64,000 bases of DNA, from positions 5,731-69,730 of IMG/VR virus record IMGVR_UViG_3300037245_003267; one strand, 5' to 3'. Made by a program: the position numbers and the translations under genes. Position 1 is the first letter of the stretch. Every line of letters starts with the position of its first letter. Of this stretch, positions 7,995 to 17,018 are shown piece by piece. This DNA comes from a virus. Under the pieces are notes generated by a model, which saw only the letters and a program-made list of their open reading frames with translations, was not told where the DNA came from and did not search any database.

Positions 7995-9482
7995 CTACGT
8001 GGGGTCCATCCAGGACCCATCGTTGTCGCCGTCCATCGTCTCGCCCATGAGCCGGTCAAGCTCCTGGATCTGCGCGTCGCTCAGGGTGGCCAGGTCGTCG
8101 CTGTCGTAGCGGCGCTTGATCACGTCCTTGGCAACTCCGGGGGTCAGCCCGAGTGATTCGAACCCCTCGGCAATCTGCGTCTCGAGTCCTTCCCTGGCCG
8201 CCTTGGCCATGGTCGGCGCCGGCGTGGCCGGCTTCCCGTCCGGCGGCGCTGCTTCCTCGGGACTGTCGTCGGTCGCGCCTCCTTGATCGGTCGTGGCGTC
8301 GACCTCCTCGTCGGGCAACGTCATCGCGGCGGCGTTGTAGCCCGTCAGCCAATAGAACCTCATCTGCGATCCGGCGGGGTGCGGGCACTCCTTGATCGCG
8401 ACCTTCTCTTCGAGGCATGCGCTGGCGCCGGCCCGGGCCATGACGGTCGCGGAGTTGACGCCATCGATCGGCTTCAGGCGCTTCACGATCGCGTCCGAGG
8501 AGAGCTTGTCGGCCGCGGTCCATCCCTCCTTCCACCACTTCACGGCGCGCTCGCCGAGCTCTCGAGGGAAGTCCTCGAGCGACGTCCCGGTGACGAACGC
8601 TCGCCACCCCTCGATGCGACGGGCGTCGGCAATGCCGCGGTGCTTCCCGCCCTCCTCGAAGCTCTCCGGCGCCGGGCGCCAGTCCGAAAGATCCTCTGCG
8701 TCAGACCCTCCCGCTCCCGCCCTCTCGTCGGCGCCCGCCTCGGCGTCGACCTCGGGTTCCGTCGTCGTCTTCGTGCCGGGTCCTCGCACCCGGCTGTCAC
8801 CCGTGCTCTTGCGGCTCGAAGCCGTGACCTCGGGCGCCGCGATGCGCTGCGGGGTCTCCTCCGGCGGGGGGCCGCTCGGCGTCGCACCAGCCGGCAGATC
8901 CGACAGGCCGTCGCGGAAGGCCTCGAGCTCGTCGGCCAGCATGCATCCGTGGGTCACGTCCGGCGCGAAGAACCGCAGGCACCTGGTGGTGGCGCGGGCG
9001 CGAAGCATGTCCCTGCGGTAGCTCTTCCAATTGAACTTGTTGTGGAGGCCCGCGATGCGCGCCTCGGTGTAGGTGAACTGGTCGGTGTGAGTCTCGACCT
9101 GCCCGTCCTGGCCGACCCGGCTCGCCTCGACAATGCAGATCTCGTCGTCCTGCTTGACGATCCGGAGCTTGATCCCGGCGCGGCGCACGAGGCTCAGCTG
9201 AAGCTCGGCGCTGATGCCTGCCTTGCCCTCCACGATGTAGATGTGCTGCAGCGCGAGCATCGGTGGGATGCCCATCTCCTTGCCCTTGAGCCAGGCTCCG
9301 AGCACCTTCTGCGGCGTGTCGAGGGCCCGCGGCGTGATGCCGCTGTCGGCGAGGAAGCCGGCCACGCGGAGCCAGTGGTCGACCGTCGACTTCTGTGGAA
9401 GGTATGCCTCCTCGAAAGTTGTCGTCTGCTGGATCGGGACAGCCTCCAGGGCCTGCCCGGCCCCGTCTTGCGGGTCGTTCAT
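7995..9482 (-). CDS. RecT/Red-beta-like single-strand annealing protein with long C-terminal extension
   Basis: GKEMGIPPMLALQHIYIVEGK; WKSYRRDMLRARATTRCLRFFAPDV. Confidence 0.85.
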   Translation of the reverse strand: MNDPQDGAGQALEAVPIQQTTTFEEAYLPQKSTVDHWLRVAGFLADSGITPRALDTPQKVLGAWLKGKEMGIPPMLALQHIYIVEGKAGISAELQLSLVRRAGIKLRIVKQDDEICIVEASRVGQDGQVETHTDQFTYTEARIAGLHNKFNWKSYRRDMLRARATTRCLRFFAPDVTHGCMLADELEAFRDGLSDLPAGATPSGPPPEETPQRIAAPEVTASSRKSTGDSRVRGPGTKTTTEPEVDAEAGADERAGAGGSDAEDLSDWRPAPESFEEGGKHRGIADARRIEGWRAFVTGTSLEDFPRELGERAVKWWKEGWTAADKLSSDAIVKRLKPIDGVNSATVMARAGASACLEEKVAIKECPHPAGSQMRFYWLTGYNAAAMTLPDEEVDATTDQGGATDDSPEEAAPPDGKPATPAPTMAKAAREGLETQIAEGFESLGLTPGVAKDVIKRRYDSDDLATLSDAQIQELDRLMGETMDGDNDGSWMDPT

Positions 9483-9491
9483 CGCTTTCTC

Positions 9492-10268
9492 CTATTGAGG
9501 GATCGGCAGGCCCCAACGGGCCTGACACTCGCGCCAGTAACCGCACTGGCGTTGGGAACACATGAAACCGCCGAAGCCTGTCGGGAGAGAAAGCCCGGGG
9601 TCCTCGGGGTCGTTGATCACCTTCTGCATTTCGTGGGCCGCGAAGTGGGTGTAACTACGCGCGCCGGCCTTGGCCGACTCGTCTACCTCGAGGGTCACCA
9701 GGTGGACCTCGGGAAACGTCTTCCGCACTCCGATGTGGAATCGGAAGGTCGAGACGCCTGGCTCGTCCATCGTGTAGATCAGAGGGTCGAGCATCGTCTG
9801 GGCCTGCCGGGCCGACCACTTCTTGGCGGTCGACTTGAGGTCGATCGAGCCGATCTCGTCCACCACGTCGATGTAGCCTGTGACCTCCACGTCCTTGCCC
9901 AGGGTGATCTTAAGCTGGCGCTCGACGCCGCCCTTGATCGGGTTCGTCTCCCGGGCCAGGCCTCGAGCGTATTCGCGCTGGAGCTCCGACAGCTGGTCGA
10001 CGCAATCACCGAACTTCTCGTCGCCCCAGAGGGTTTCATCCTTGCGGGCCCGGAGAGACTCGACGGCATGCTCGACCGTGTCCTCTACGGGGAGGTGCTC
10101 CCCGGTCTCGGATTTGTGGTGGTAGTCGACCCCGGCGCCGTCGTGCCAGGCCGAGCCGAACGTCATCGGTGCAGTCGGTGGGCGGATCAGGTGCTTGCCA
10201 TACCGAAGAGCAAACTGCATCCGGCACCGAGCGAACATATTCAGGCGGGACTTGCTCGCTCGAATCAT
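9492..10268 (-). CDS. PD-(D/E)XK RecB/Cas4-like exonuclease
   Basis: SxSRLNxFxxC, FGSAWH, GYIDVV...IDLKS, C-terminal Cys cluster. Confidence 0.88.
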   Translation of the reverse strand: MIRASKSRLNMFARCRMQFALRYGKHLIRPPTAPMTFGSAWHDGAGVDYHHKSETGEHLPVEDTVEHAVESLRARKDETLWGDEKFGDCVDQLSELQREYARGLARETNPIKGGVERQLKITLGKDVEVTGYIDVVDEIGSIDLKSTAKKWSARQAQTMLDPLIYTMDEPGVSTFRFHIGVRKTFPEVHLVTLEVDESAKAGARSYTHFAAHEMQKVINDPEDPGLSLPTGFGGFMCSQRQCGYWRECQARWGLPIPQ

Positions 10269-10347
10269 CGCGCCTCCTGTGTCAATTCCCAACCGCGGGG
10301 GCATCACTGTAGGAAACCGCCCGCGGATTGGAAGCGAGATCCCTGGA

Positions 10348-11739
10348 CTATTCCGGCGGCTTTTTGTGCCGCCTTTTCTTGACCGAAGCGAAGGTCGCGC
10401 CCTTCGCATTGGAGAGCCTCGCCGGCGTCCCGGTGAACGCCTGGAAGCGCTCCACAATCACGTCGCAGTAGAGGGCGTCGAGCTCCATCACGTAGGCGTT
10501 CCGGCCCGTCTCCTCGGCCCCGATCAGTGTCGAGCCGGAGCCGCCGAACAGGTCCAGGACGTTGTCGCCGCCAAGCGTCGAATTGGTGATCGCGCGCCGC
10601 GCGAGCTCCACCGGCTTCTCGGTCAGGTGGACCCGGTCGGACGTGGAGACCTTCTTGATCGTCCACACGTCGTTCACGCTGTTGCCCCCATACCAGCGGT
10701 GCTTCGCGCCCTTCTTCCAACCGTAGAAGCACCACTCGTGGTCGCCCATGTAGTCCTTGCGCGTCATCACCGGGTGCTGTTTGTGCCAGATGATGCACTG
10801 AGCGAAGTGAAGGTCGACGATCTTCAGGGCCGGAGGGTAGACGGCGATGTTGGCATACCCACCCCAGATGTAGAACGGGCCGCCCTCCACCAGGTGGCGC
10901 ACGGCGTTCCGGAACCACTGCTCGAGGATCACCTGGAATTCGTCGTCCGGCAGGCAGTCGTTCTCGATCGCGCGGTCGCGCGGCCGCAGCTTGCGCTTGG
11001 TCCCCTTCTTCGCGTCGGCCGTCGTCGGGTAGCTCGAGGCCCCGGCCGCCATCGCCATGTTGGAGCGGGGGGAGACGGCCACGTTGTAGGGCGGATCCAT
11101 GTTGATGAGGTGCACCGGGGCGCCGTTCAGCAGCTTGCCCAGCGCCTCCTCGGAACCGCTGTCGCCGCAGAGCAGCCGGTGCCGGCCGAGCACCCACACG
11201 TCGCCCATGCGAGTGACCGCGTTGTCGGGCATCTCGGGGATGTCGTCCTCGCCGACCTCGCCGCTCGATCCGAACATCGTCTCGAGCTCTCGGTCGGTAA
11301 AGCCCACCGTCTCGAGATCCCAATCGTCACCCTCGAGCTCCTTCAAGATCTCCTGCAGCTGGACCTTGTCCCAATCTGAGAGCTCGGCCGTTCGGTTGTC
11401 CGCGATCGCGTAGGCTTCGGCGTTCCGGTCCGTCTCCTTCACGAACACGGCCGCGATCTCCTTCCACCCGAGTTGCGTGGCCGCGATGAGGCGGGCGTTA
11501 CCGGCCACCACCCGCTTCGAGCCGTCGTCGCGCTGCTGGACGACGATCGGGACGCGCTGCCCGAACTGCTGCAGGGACGTCTTGATCGACTCGATACTGC
11601 GCGTGGGGTGCGCGCGAGCGTTGCGGGGGTCGAGGTGGAGCGACCGTATGTCCACGGCAAGGGGCCGGAGCCCCTCTATGATTTGTTCGGCTTCTTGAGC
11701 ATGCGCGCCACCACCGTTCTCAGTGCGGTCTCCGCCCAT
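10348..11739 (-). CDS. ParB-like domain fused to beta-class N6A/N4C DNA methyltransferase (start uncertain)
   Basis: DPRNARAH...VAGNARL; DPPY; HLTEKP; DLFGGSGST. Confidence 0.92.
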   Translation of the reverse strand: MGGDRTENGGGAHAQEAEQIIEGLRPLAVDIRSLHLDPRNARAHPTRSIESIKTSLQQFGQRVPIVVQQRDDGSKRVVAGNARLIAATQLGWKEIAAVFVKETDRNAEAYAIADNRTAELSDWDKVQLQEILKELEGDDWDLETVGFTDRELETMFGSSGEVGEDDIPEMPDNAVTRMGDVWVLGRHRLLCGDSGSEEALGKLLNGAPVHLINMDPPYNVAVSPRSNMAMAAGASSYPTTADAKKGTKRKLRPRDRAIENDCLPDDEFQVILEQWFRNAVRHLVEGGPFYIWGGYANIAVYPPALKIVDLHFAQCIIWHKQHPVMTRKDYMGDHEWCFYGWKKGAKHRWYGGNSVNDVWTIKKVSTSDRVHLTEKPVELARRAITNSTLGGDNVLDLFGGSGSTLIGAEETGRNAYVMELDALYCDVIVERFQAFTGTPARLSNAKGATFASVKKRRHKKPPE

Positions 11740-12224
11740 TCTGTCAAGCTCCCATCCGGAAGGATCAGTTGAGCATCCCGCAGCTGCCGGAACCGCGAGA
11801 TGGTCGTGGCGAGGGGAAGCCCGGCCGACGTGGCCAGGGCGTCAATGTCGATGCGCGTGCCCTTCCAGGCCCAGAAGAGGGCCCGCTTCGGGCGGTCGTG
11901 CCAGTCCAGGTGCGGCTCGTTGTTGATGCCGTGGTCCGGCTTCGTCCAGTCGGTGAAGGCGTTACTCCAGGCGATTGCAACCTTCGCGCACTGCTCGTCC
12001 TTCAGCATGAAGTAGGTGTTCTTTGCGAACGCCTCTTTGAACTTCTTCTGGTGGTCGTTGACCAGCTCAACCACTTCCGCGAGCTCTGGGCGGGCCTTCT
12101 CCATTTTTCCGATCCTGGTTCGGGTCTTGAGTCGCGTGACGTTCCGGGCTACTCTGCTCCCGGCAAATGTCATCGCTGCCAACCGAAGGGCGGCCTGGGA
12201 ATCAACCCCTGGGCCGCCCTTCAC
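11676..12224 (-). CDS. Hypothetical protein, possible C-terminal winged HTH
   Basis: IDALATSAGLPLATTISRFRQL; start uncertain. Confidence 0.6.
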   Translation of the reverse strand: MKGGPGVDSQAALRLAAMTFAGSRVARNVTRLKTRTRIGKMEKARPELAEVVELVNDHQKKFKEAFAKNTYFMLKDEQCAKVAIAWSNAFTDWTKPDHGINNEPHLDWHDRPKRALFWAWKGTRIDIDALATSAGLPLATTISRFRQLRDAQLILPDGSLTEWAETALRTVVARMLKKPNKS

Positions 12225-12226
12225 CT

Positions 12227-12631
12227 TTACCCCCCACTGAGTCCGAAGACCTCGAACTGATTCAAGCCCGCCACGTGTTCGGCGTTCATCACGAGAAGAT
12301 GCTTCATCGCCTTCATGTCGTGCTCAAGCGTCTCGCGGTAGCGCTTGAAGTTGTGCGCGGCGTCCTGCTGCGCCTCCTCGATTGTCTCGCGGAGAGCCTC
12401 GATGGAGACTGGCAAGGTTGACCCCTTGCCCTCCGGGATCTGCTGCAGCCCCCTGGGGGTCTTGGTGACCTTCATGATGGCCGCATTCTTGGAGATCTTC
12501 CCGCCGTTCATGGTCATCAGCTGGATGCTCTGGACCTGACCGACGAGCACCGTGGCGAACTTGAATCCGGGATCGGCCTCGCTCGGGTAGAGCCCCGAGA
12601 AGAAGGCCTGCATGCCAGGTTTCCACTTCAC
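12227..12631 (-). CDS. Hypothetical protein
   Basis: GTG start after GAAGGAAG. Confidence 0.7.
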   Translation of the reverse strand: MKWKPGMQAFFSGLYPSEADPGFKFATVLVGQVQSIQLMTMNGGKISKNAAIMKVTKTPRGLQQIPEGKGSTLPVSIEALRETIEEAQQDAAHNFKRYRETLEHDMKAMKHLLVMNAEHVAGLNQFEVFGLSGG

Positions 12632-12647
12632 GTTTCGCTTCCTTCTC

Positions 12648-12797
12648 TCATTGGGCTCGGCGCACGGCCTTGTCGGTGTGGCCGTTGGCATATCCCGTCC
12701 GGTAGGCGAGAGCCCACCCGACGAGAGCGCCGACGACCCAAGCACCGACCATGCCTGAAAGCGCCCACCCGACCGAGATCTGCTGAATCAACGCCAT
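12648..12797 (-). CDS. 49-aa single-TM protein MALIQQISVGWALSGMVGAWVVGALVGWALAY... (not in ORF track)
   Basis: AAAGGAG RBS 6 nt before ATG; hydrophobic Gly-rich helix. Confidence 0.7.
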   Translation of the reverse strand: MALIQQISVGWALSGMVGAWVVGALVGWALAYRTGYANGHTDKAVRRAQ

Positions 12798-12930
12798 GGC
12801 CTGCTCCTTTCGAAGTGCGGCGTGACCGCAAAGGCGCGAAACTGAAACGTTCGATCAGTCGCAACCCACAGGCCCTGGGCGTCGTCACCGGACCGACCGG
12901 CCCACATCGATGGGTGGGCCGTGGGTCGGA

Positions 12931-14172
12931 CTACGCTTCCCCCTTCACCATCCCGTCTTCGATGATAACTGCGTTCTCCGCGTCCGGGTCTACCCGCTCG
13001 ATCCAGACCTCGCCATCGGCTTCCTCGGCCATCTTCTGGACCTCGGCGAGGCTGTCGTCGTCCAGCAGCGACCCGCCGCGGATGAGAACGATCGGGAGGT
13101 CCTTCGACATGGCCAACGCCATCCCCACGGCCACCCGCAGCTGCTCGGCGCTCGACGCCTGCTCCAGCGCGATGTCCTCGTAGGTGACGCACCCGTCGCC
13201 GAACCCCAGGCCAGGCACCGGGATATCGCACGCGGCCACCCGGTCGGTGCGTTCCTTGTCGACCTCTTCGATCGTCGCGGTGAGGGCGCTGACCTCCGCC
13301 TCGACCGCCTCGGTCTCCTTTTCGATCGCCAGCGCCAGGCGGCACTGCTCGAAGGCGGCGTTGATCTCGCCGACCTTGGAGATCTTCTCGCGGATCTCTT
13401 CCTCGTCCGCAGCCTCCTTGCCGCGCCAGGCTTCGGCGGCCTCCTTGGCGTCGGCCTTCATGTCCTCCTGACGTGCCTCCTCGTCCTCGAGCTCCTTCTT
13501 CAGCTTGTCGATGGTCGCCTTGTTCGAGACGATGGCTTCCCGGGTCTCCCTCTCGGTCGTCTTGTGATCCTCGAGGATGCGGTTGGCCTTCTGGCGACTC
13601 TCGAGCTCGGCGACCAGGTCGGCCACGTCAACGAGTTTGGTGGGAGCGTCGGGGTGGATCTCGATCGAGTCGAGGCGGCTCTGCAGGCCCTTGAGGTCGC
13701 GGTTCTTCAACCGCCTGGTGTCGTAGGCCTCCTGGCGCTTCTCTTCCAGGTCGGAGAAGTCCAGCCCGAGCAGCTTCCGAAGCTCCTCGACCTGCTTCGC
13801 CGGCGTGGCATCGATGAACGCGAGCGGGTCGAAGGAGATGCCGGTGCCGATCAGGGCCTCCAACAGCTTCTGCGGCGCCTTCTGGACCGCGCCGTCCTTC
13901 GAGGTGACCTCCAGGGTCGAGCCCTTCGAGGTGTAGCGCCGGCGCACCGTGATGTCGCCCAGGTCGATCTTGGTCTCGGCGTTCCTCGCGCCGCGGCGGA
14001 TCGGCTCAGGGGGGAGCGTCCGGCCGCCGGCCAGGGCATACATGATCGAGTCGAGCACCGAGCTCTTGCCCTCGCCGTTCTTGCCCGCCACTACCGTCGT
14101 GTGGCCTGTGGGAGTGATGTCCACCACCCGGATCCGCTTCACGTCCCGAGTGTAAAGCCGTCGAATTCTCAT
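12931..14172 (-). CDS. SMC/SbcC-like ABC ATPase with coiled coil
   Basis: GKNGEGKSS Walker A, coiled coil, ASSAEQ signature. Confidence 0.9.
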   Translation of the reverse strand: MRIRRLYTRDVKRIRVVDITPTGHTTVVAGKNGEGKSSVLDSIMYALAGGRTLPPEPIRRGARNAETKIDLGDITVRRRYTSKGSTLEVTSKDGAVQKAPQKLLEALIGTGISFDPLAFIDATPAKQVEELRKLLGLDFSDLEEKRQEAYDTRRLKNRDLKGLQSRLDSIEIHPDAPTKLVDVADLVAELESRQKANRILEDHKTTERETREAIVSNKATIDKLKKELEDEEARQEDMKADAKEAAEAWRGKEAADEEEIREKISKVGEINAAFEQCRLALAIEKETEAVEAEVSALTATIEEVDKERTDRVAACDIPVPGLGFGDGCVTYEDIALEQASSAEQLRVAVGMALAMSKDLPIVLIRGGSLLDDDSLAEVQKMAEEADGEVWIERVDPDAENAVIIEDGMVKGEA

Positions 14173-14199
14173 TGCGCCTTCTGCCTTTCATCGCTGCCA

Positions 14200-14349
14200 G
14201 AAAAAAGCCCCTGAGCGCGGCTGGCCCCAGGGTCGGAGAAAGCCACTTCATGACCCAACCGACCGGCCCAGGGGTGAAAGATGCCGGGAGCGCGGTTGCG
14301 CTTTCCAAATCAGAGCTTTGGCTTGCCCACAAAGGGCCCACGCCCCGGC
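14200..14349 (-). ncRNA. Structured leader: multi-branch element plus long terminator hairpin with U6
   Basis: GCCGGG-GCGTGG/CCGCGC-T-CCCGGC enclosing two hairpins; CCCCTGGGC/GCTCAGGGG then CTTTTTT. Confidence 0.55.
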
Positions 14350-14355
14350 CCGTTG

Positions 14356-14664
14356 TTATTCCGTCATCGGGAGTTCCGGCGTCGGATCCCCGTTCCAAAT
14401 CTTCTGGACCTTCTCGAGCTTCTTCTCGATCAGCTGCAGCAGGTGGATCCGCTTGTGGCGAGCCGCCGTCTGCCGCATCGTGATCCCCTTGGGGAGCGTC
14501 TCGTCCTCCCGCTCGGCAAGCTCCTGCTTCACCTTCACCAGGTAGAGTGAGCTCGCGTTGAAGAAGAAGTAATCCGGTGTGCCCTTCGCCGGGGCCGAAG
14601 CCTCATCCACGCTGTCTTGAAACCGCTTTTCCTCTGCGGCGTTTCCCCGAGGTGTCCGTGCCAT
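14356..14664 (-). CDS. Hypothetical protein
   Basis: AGGAGG RBS. Confidence 0.75.
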   Translation of the reverse strand: MARTPRGNAAEEKRFQDSVDEASAPAKGTPDYFFFNASSLYLVKVKQELAEREDETLPKGITMRQTAARHKRIHLLQLIEKKLEKVQKIWNGDPTPELPMTE

Positions 14665-14759
14665 CTGCGCCTCCTGTGGTTGGTGGGTGGGTGCCGCCCC
14701 GAGGCGGCCGCGCCATCATGGGTCCACGCCGGACCCGAAGCAAGCATCTCAATGCGGGA

Positions 14760-15146
14760 TCAGAACACAACATCATCCTTCGGTGCCTCGGCTTCCATCG
14801 GGCGGCCAAGGGAGAAGTCCCACGGGCGGGCCTCCTTCTTGGATCGTAAGAGGTCGCGCTGAAGACGGATGCGCTCGGCGCGCATCTCGTCGCAGAGGTG
14901 TTCGGGGTAGATCCCCGTCGCAAGCAGCTGCTCGAGTCGAACAATCCTCCGCGCCGACTTCGTTTGCCACAGGCTCTTTGCGACCGAAATCCCCTGCAGG
15001 CGCTGCCGGATCTCCTTGAGGTTCGCCAGGGCCCTCCGGATGCCCTCCTGGCTGTCCGCGCGCACCCCGTCCGAGAACACCGGGATCTCCTCCTCGGGCT
15101 TCTGAGGCGTCTTGATGGGGTCACCGAAAAGGTCCTCGTTCGTCAT
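14760..15146 (-). CDS. Hypothetical protein
   Basis: ATGA coupling to the loader gene. Confidence 0.7.
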   Translation of the reverse strand: MTNEDLFGDPIKTPQKPEEEIPVFSDGVRADSQEGIRRALANLKEIRQRLQGISVAKSLWQTKSARRIVRLEQLLATGIYPEHLCDEMRAERIRLQRDLLRSKKEARPWDFSLGRPMEAEAPKDDVVF

Positions 15147-15700
15147 CGTCGTCTCGACATGCCGCCCAGCAGGATGGGGCGGAGGTAGCGGAGCCGGTCT
15201 GCGACTCGTGGATTCATCTCGGAAAGCTGGATGGCGGTCATGTTCGTGCTGACGACCAGGCAGAGGCGGTTCGCCGTCCGGTGGTCGATCAGCTGGTAGA
15301 GCTGCTCCTCGGCGAAGTCGGTCGCCCGGTGCGCCCCGACGTCATCGATGACCACCATCGGCGCGTCCATGGCGCGCTCCATCACGGTCGGCGGCAGGGG
15401 CGGCGGGATGTAGACCGCCGGGTTGTAGCTTGGCTTGACCTCGGGGCGGCCGAAATGCCGCGGGACCCTCCCAGCCGCCTCCGACCGGAAGTCGTTGATC
15501 CACTCCACGGCCGTCGCCATCATCGTCCCGGGGCGGGTCTTCGCCACCGCGGCGCAGAGGTGCGTCTTGCCGGTGCCGACGTTGCCGACGAGGATCGCGC
15601 CGTGCACGTCCCTCCCCGGGTCGGTCGCCTCCTTGATCACCTGGCGAACCTTCTCGGGGAAGTCCTCGAGGGTCGCGTCCTTGTAGATCCTGGGAATCAT
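15143..15700 (-). CDS. DnaC/IstB-like AAA+ helicase loader
   Basis: GNVGTGKTHL, VIDDVG, STNM, RVADRL. Confidence 0.9.
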   Translation of the reverse strand: MIPRIYKDATLEDFPEKVRQVIKEATDPGRDVHGAILVGNVGTGKTHLCAAVAKTRPGTMMATAVEWINDFRSEAAGRVPRHFGRPEVKPSYNPAVYIPPPLPPTVMERAMDAPMVVIDDVGAHRATDFAEEQLYQLIDHRTANRLCLVVSTNMTAIQLSEMNPRVADRLRYLRPILLGGMSRRR

Positions 15701-16584
15701 CGCTGCTCGCCTTCTTCGCCTTTGTTGAGCCACCCGTCGTAGGCGGAATCGTCGTGGTCAAGCTGGTGCCGGCGGTGGGTCGGATTGCCCGCGGCATCCC
15801 GCTCGGCGTATTTGCCCTCGAGGACCTTCGCCCAGTTCTCGTCGTTCTTCACGAGCCAGTCGAAGCTGAAGGCCCGGAACCCGGTGACCCACTTCGTGGA
15901 TGACGCCAGCTGCCGGAGCACCCCATGCCAGTCCCATGCCTCCCCGTTCTTCTCCCTGGACCGGAGGTGCCCCTTCCGTGACGGGGTGAGCGCCTTGATG
16001 ACCGGGACCCGGATCTTCTTGGCGAGGGCGTTCCATTCCGAGACGTAGTCGTGGCGGGGCTTCCAGGGGGGTGCCTTGGGTGGTGATCCGTTCCCAACTT
16101 CCAGGCCGGGCAGCAGCGGCTCACCCCCCCCCGCTTTGGGGGGGTAGGGGGGGCTCTTATCTGACTTCTGACTTCTGACTTCTGACTTCTGTCCCGTTAC
16201 AGGTGCGTTACACGCCTTCTTGGCCCGATGAGCCCGCACCCGTAACCTTGTTTGCACGCGCCCTTTAAGCTCCCTCGCCCGCCTCCGCGATTTGAGCGTT
16301 ACAATTCCGTCCGAAAGCGTTACATGCGTTACATCTGGCGTTACATCACATGTGCCTGCCCGGGCCAATTCGACCACAACCGAGCGGGCCTCATCGGTGG
16401 TGCAGCCAAGCATCCTGGCGAGCTCGGTGGGGGTGCCCTGGACCCGGTCGGTGCCCTCGAGATACATCAGGTCGATGAGGTCGCACCAGGCCCCGCGGGC
16501 TGCGAGAGAGAGCCGCCGAACGGCCGGCTCGTTGAGCCAGTCACCGGGGAATCGCTTATACCAAGGCATGCCTGAGCGAGCCAT
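15697..16584 (-). CDS. Replication initiator (DUF1376/YdaU-like N-terminus)
   Basis: PWYKRFPGDWL...LSLAARGAW; C-terminal SFDWLVKNDENWAKVLEGKY; adjacent to loader. Confidence 0.85.
   Translation of the reverse strand: MARSGMPWYKRFPGDWLNEPAVRRLSLAARGAWCDLIDLMYLEGTDRVQGTPTELARMLGCTTDEARSVVVELARAGTCDVTPDVTHVTLSDGIVTLKSRRRARELKGRVQTRLRVRAHRAKKACNAPVTGQKSEVRSQKSDKSPPYPPKAGGGEPLLPGLEVGNGSPPKAPPWKPRHDYVSEWNALAKKIRVPVIKALTPSRKGHLRSREKNGEAWDWHGVLRQLASSTKWVTGFRAFSFDWLVKNDENWAKVLEGKYAERDAAGNPTHRRHQLDHDDSAYDGWLNKGEEGEQR
16124..16345. repeat. Probable replication origin inside the initiator gene: (CTGACTT)4 at 16161-16191 and six (G/C)CGTTACA iterons
   Basis: Iterons at 16194, 16205, 16296, 16317, 16326, 16338; lambda-O-like placement. 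Confidence 0.75.
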
Positions 16585-16602
16585 CAACCCTCCCGAGTGA
16601 TG

Positions 16603-16743
16603 CGGGCGCTGGCTCGGTGGTGTGGCGCCGGAGGGCGCCGCCCACAAAGCAGGGCCGGGCCGGCGGGATCTGTGGTCAGGCTTTCGCCTGTGCGCCCTTT
16701 GATCACCGCCGGCCCGAGCGCTGGTGATCAAGCCAGCTGCCCG
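16603..16743 (-). ncRNA. Closed multi-stem RNA directly 5' of the initiator RBS
   Basis: 12-bp outer stem enclosing four hairpins, one with a GAAA tetraloop. Confidence 0.6.
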
Positions 16744-17018
16744 TGGACCGGGCAACCTACAGACCCGGCGATCGGTTGTCCAGTCGGCGCCAGGGAATTT
16801 CCATGGTTGACCTTCCTGCGCCGTGTTGGTAGGACGGCTGGACGCGAAAAATTCAGGGGATTGACCATGCCTTACCGACGCAAAACACCAGGTCCGGAGT
16901 CTGCTCCGGGCCTGTCCATTCAGGCGCCGACCGCGCACCCAACCCCATCGACCCGTTTAACTTACCTCTATCCCCATGCGTGGTCGGCGTCGTTTTTCCG
17001 CATTCGAGAAGAGGACCC

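Noticed and set aside
9492-10268. Cas4 as evidence of a CRISPR system
   Set aside because: Sits beside a RecT-like gene as a normal phage recombination exonuclease
8283-10382. Long antisense ORFs (also 34285-35844, 36785-38461, 55885-57705, 57711-59093)
   Set aside because: Shadow frames of GC-rich genes with clear motifs on the opposite strand
16161-16191. (CTGACTT)4 as a phase-variation tract
   Set aside because: Such short repeats are typical of the origin-containing linker in phage initiator genes
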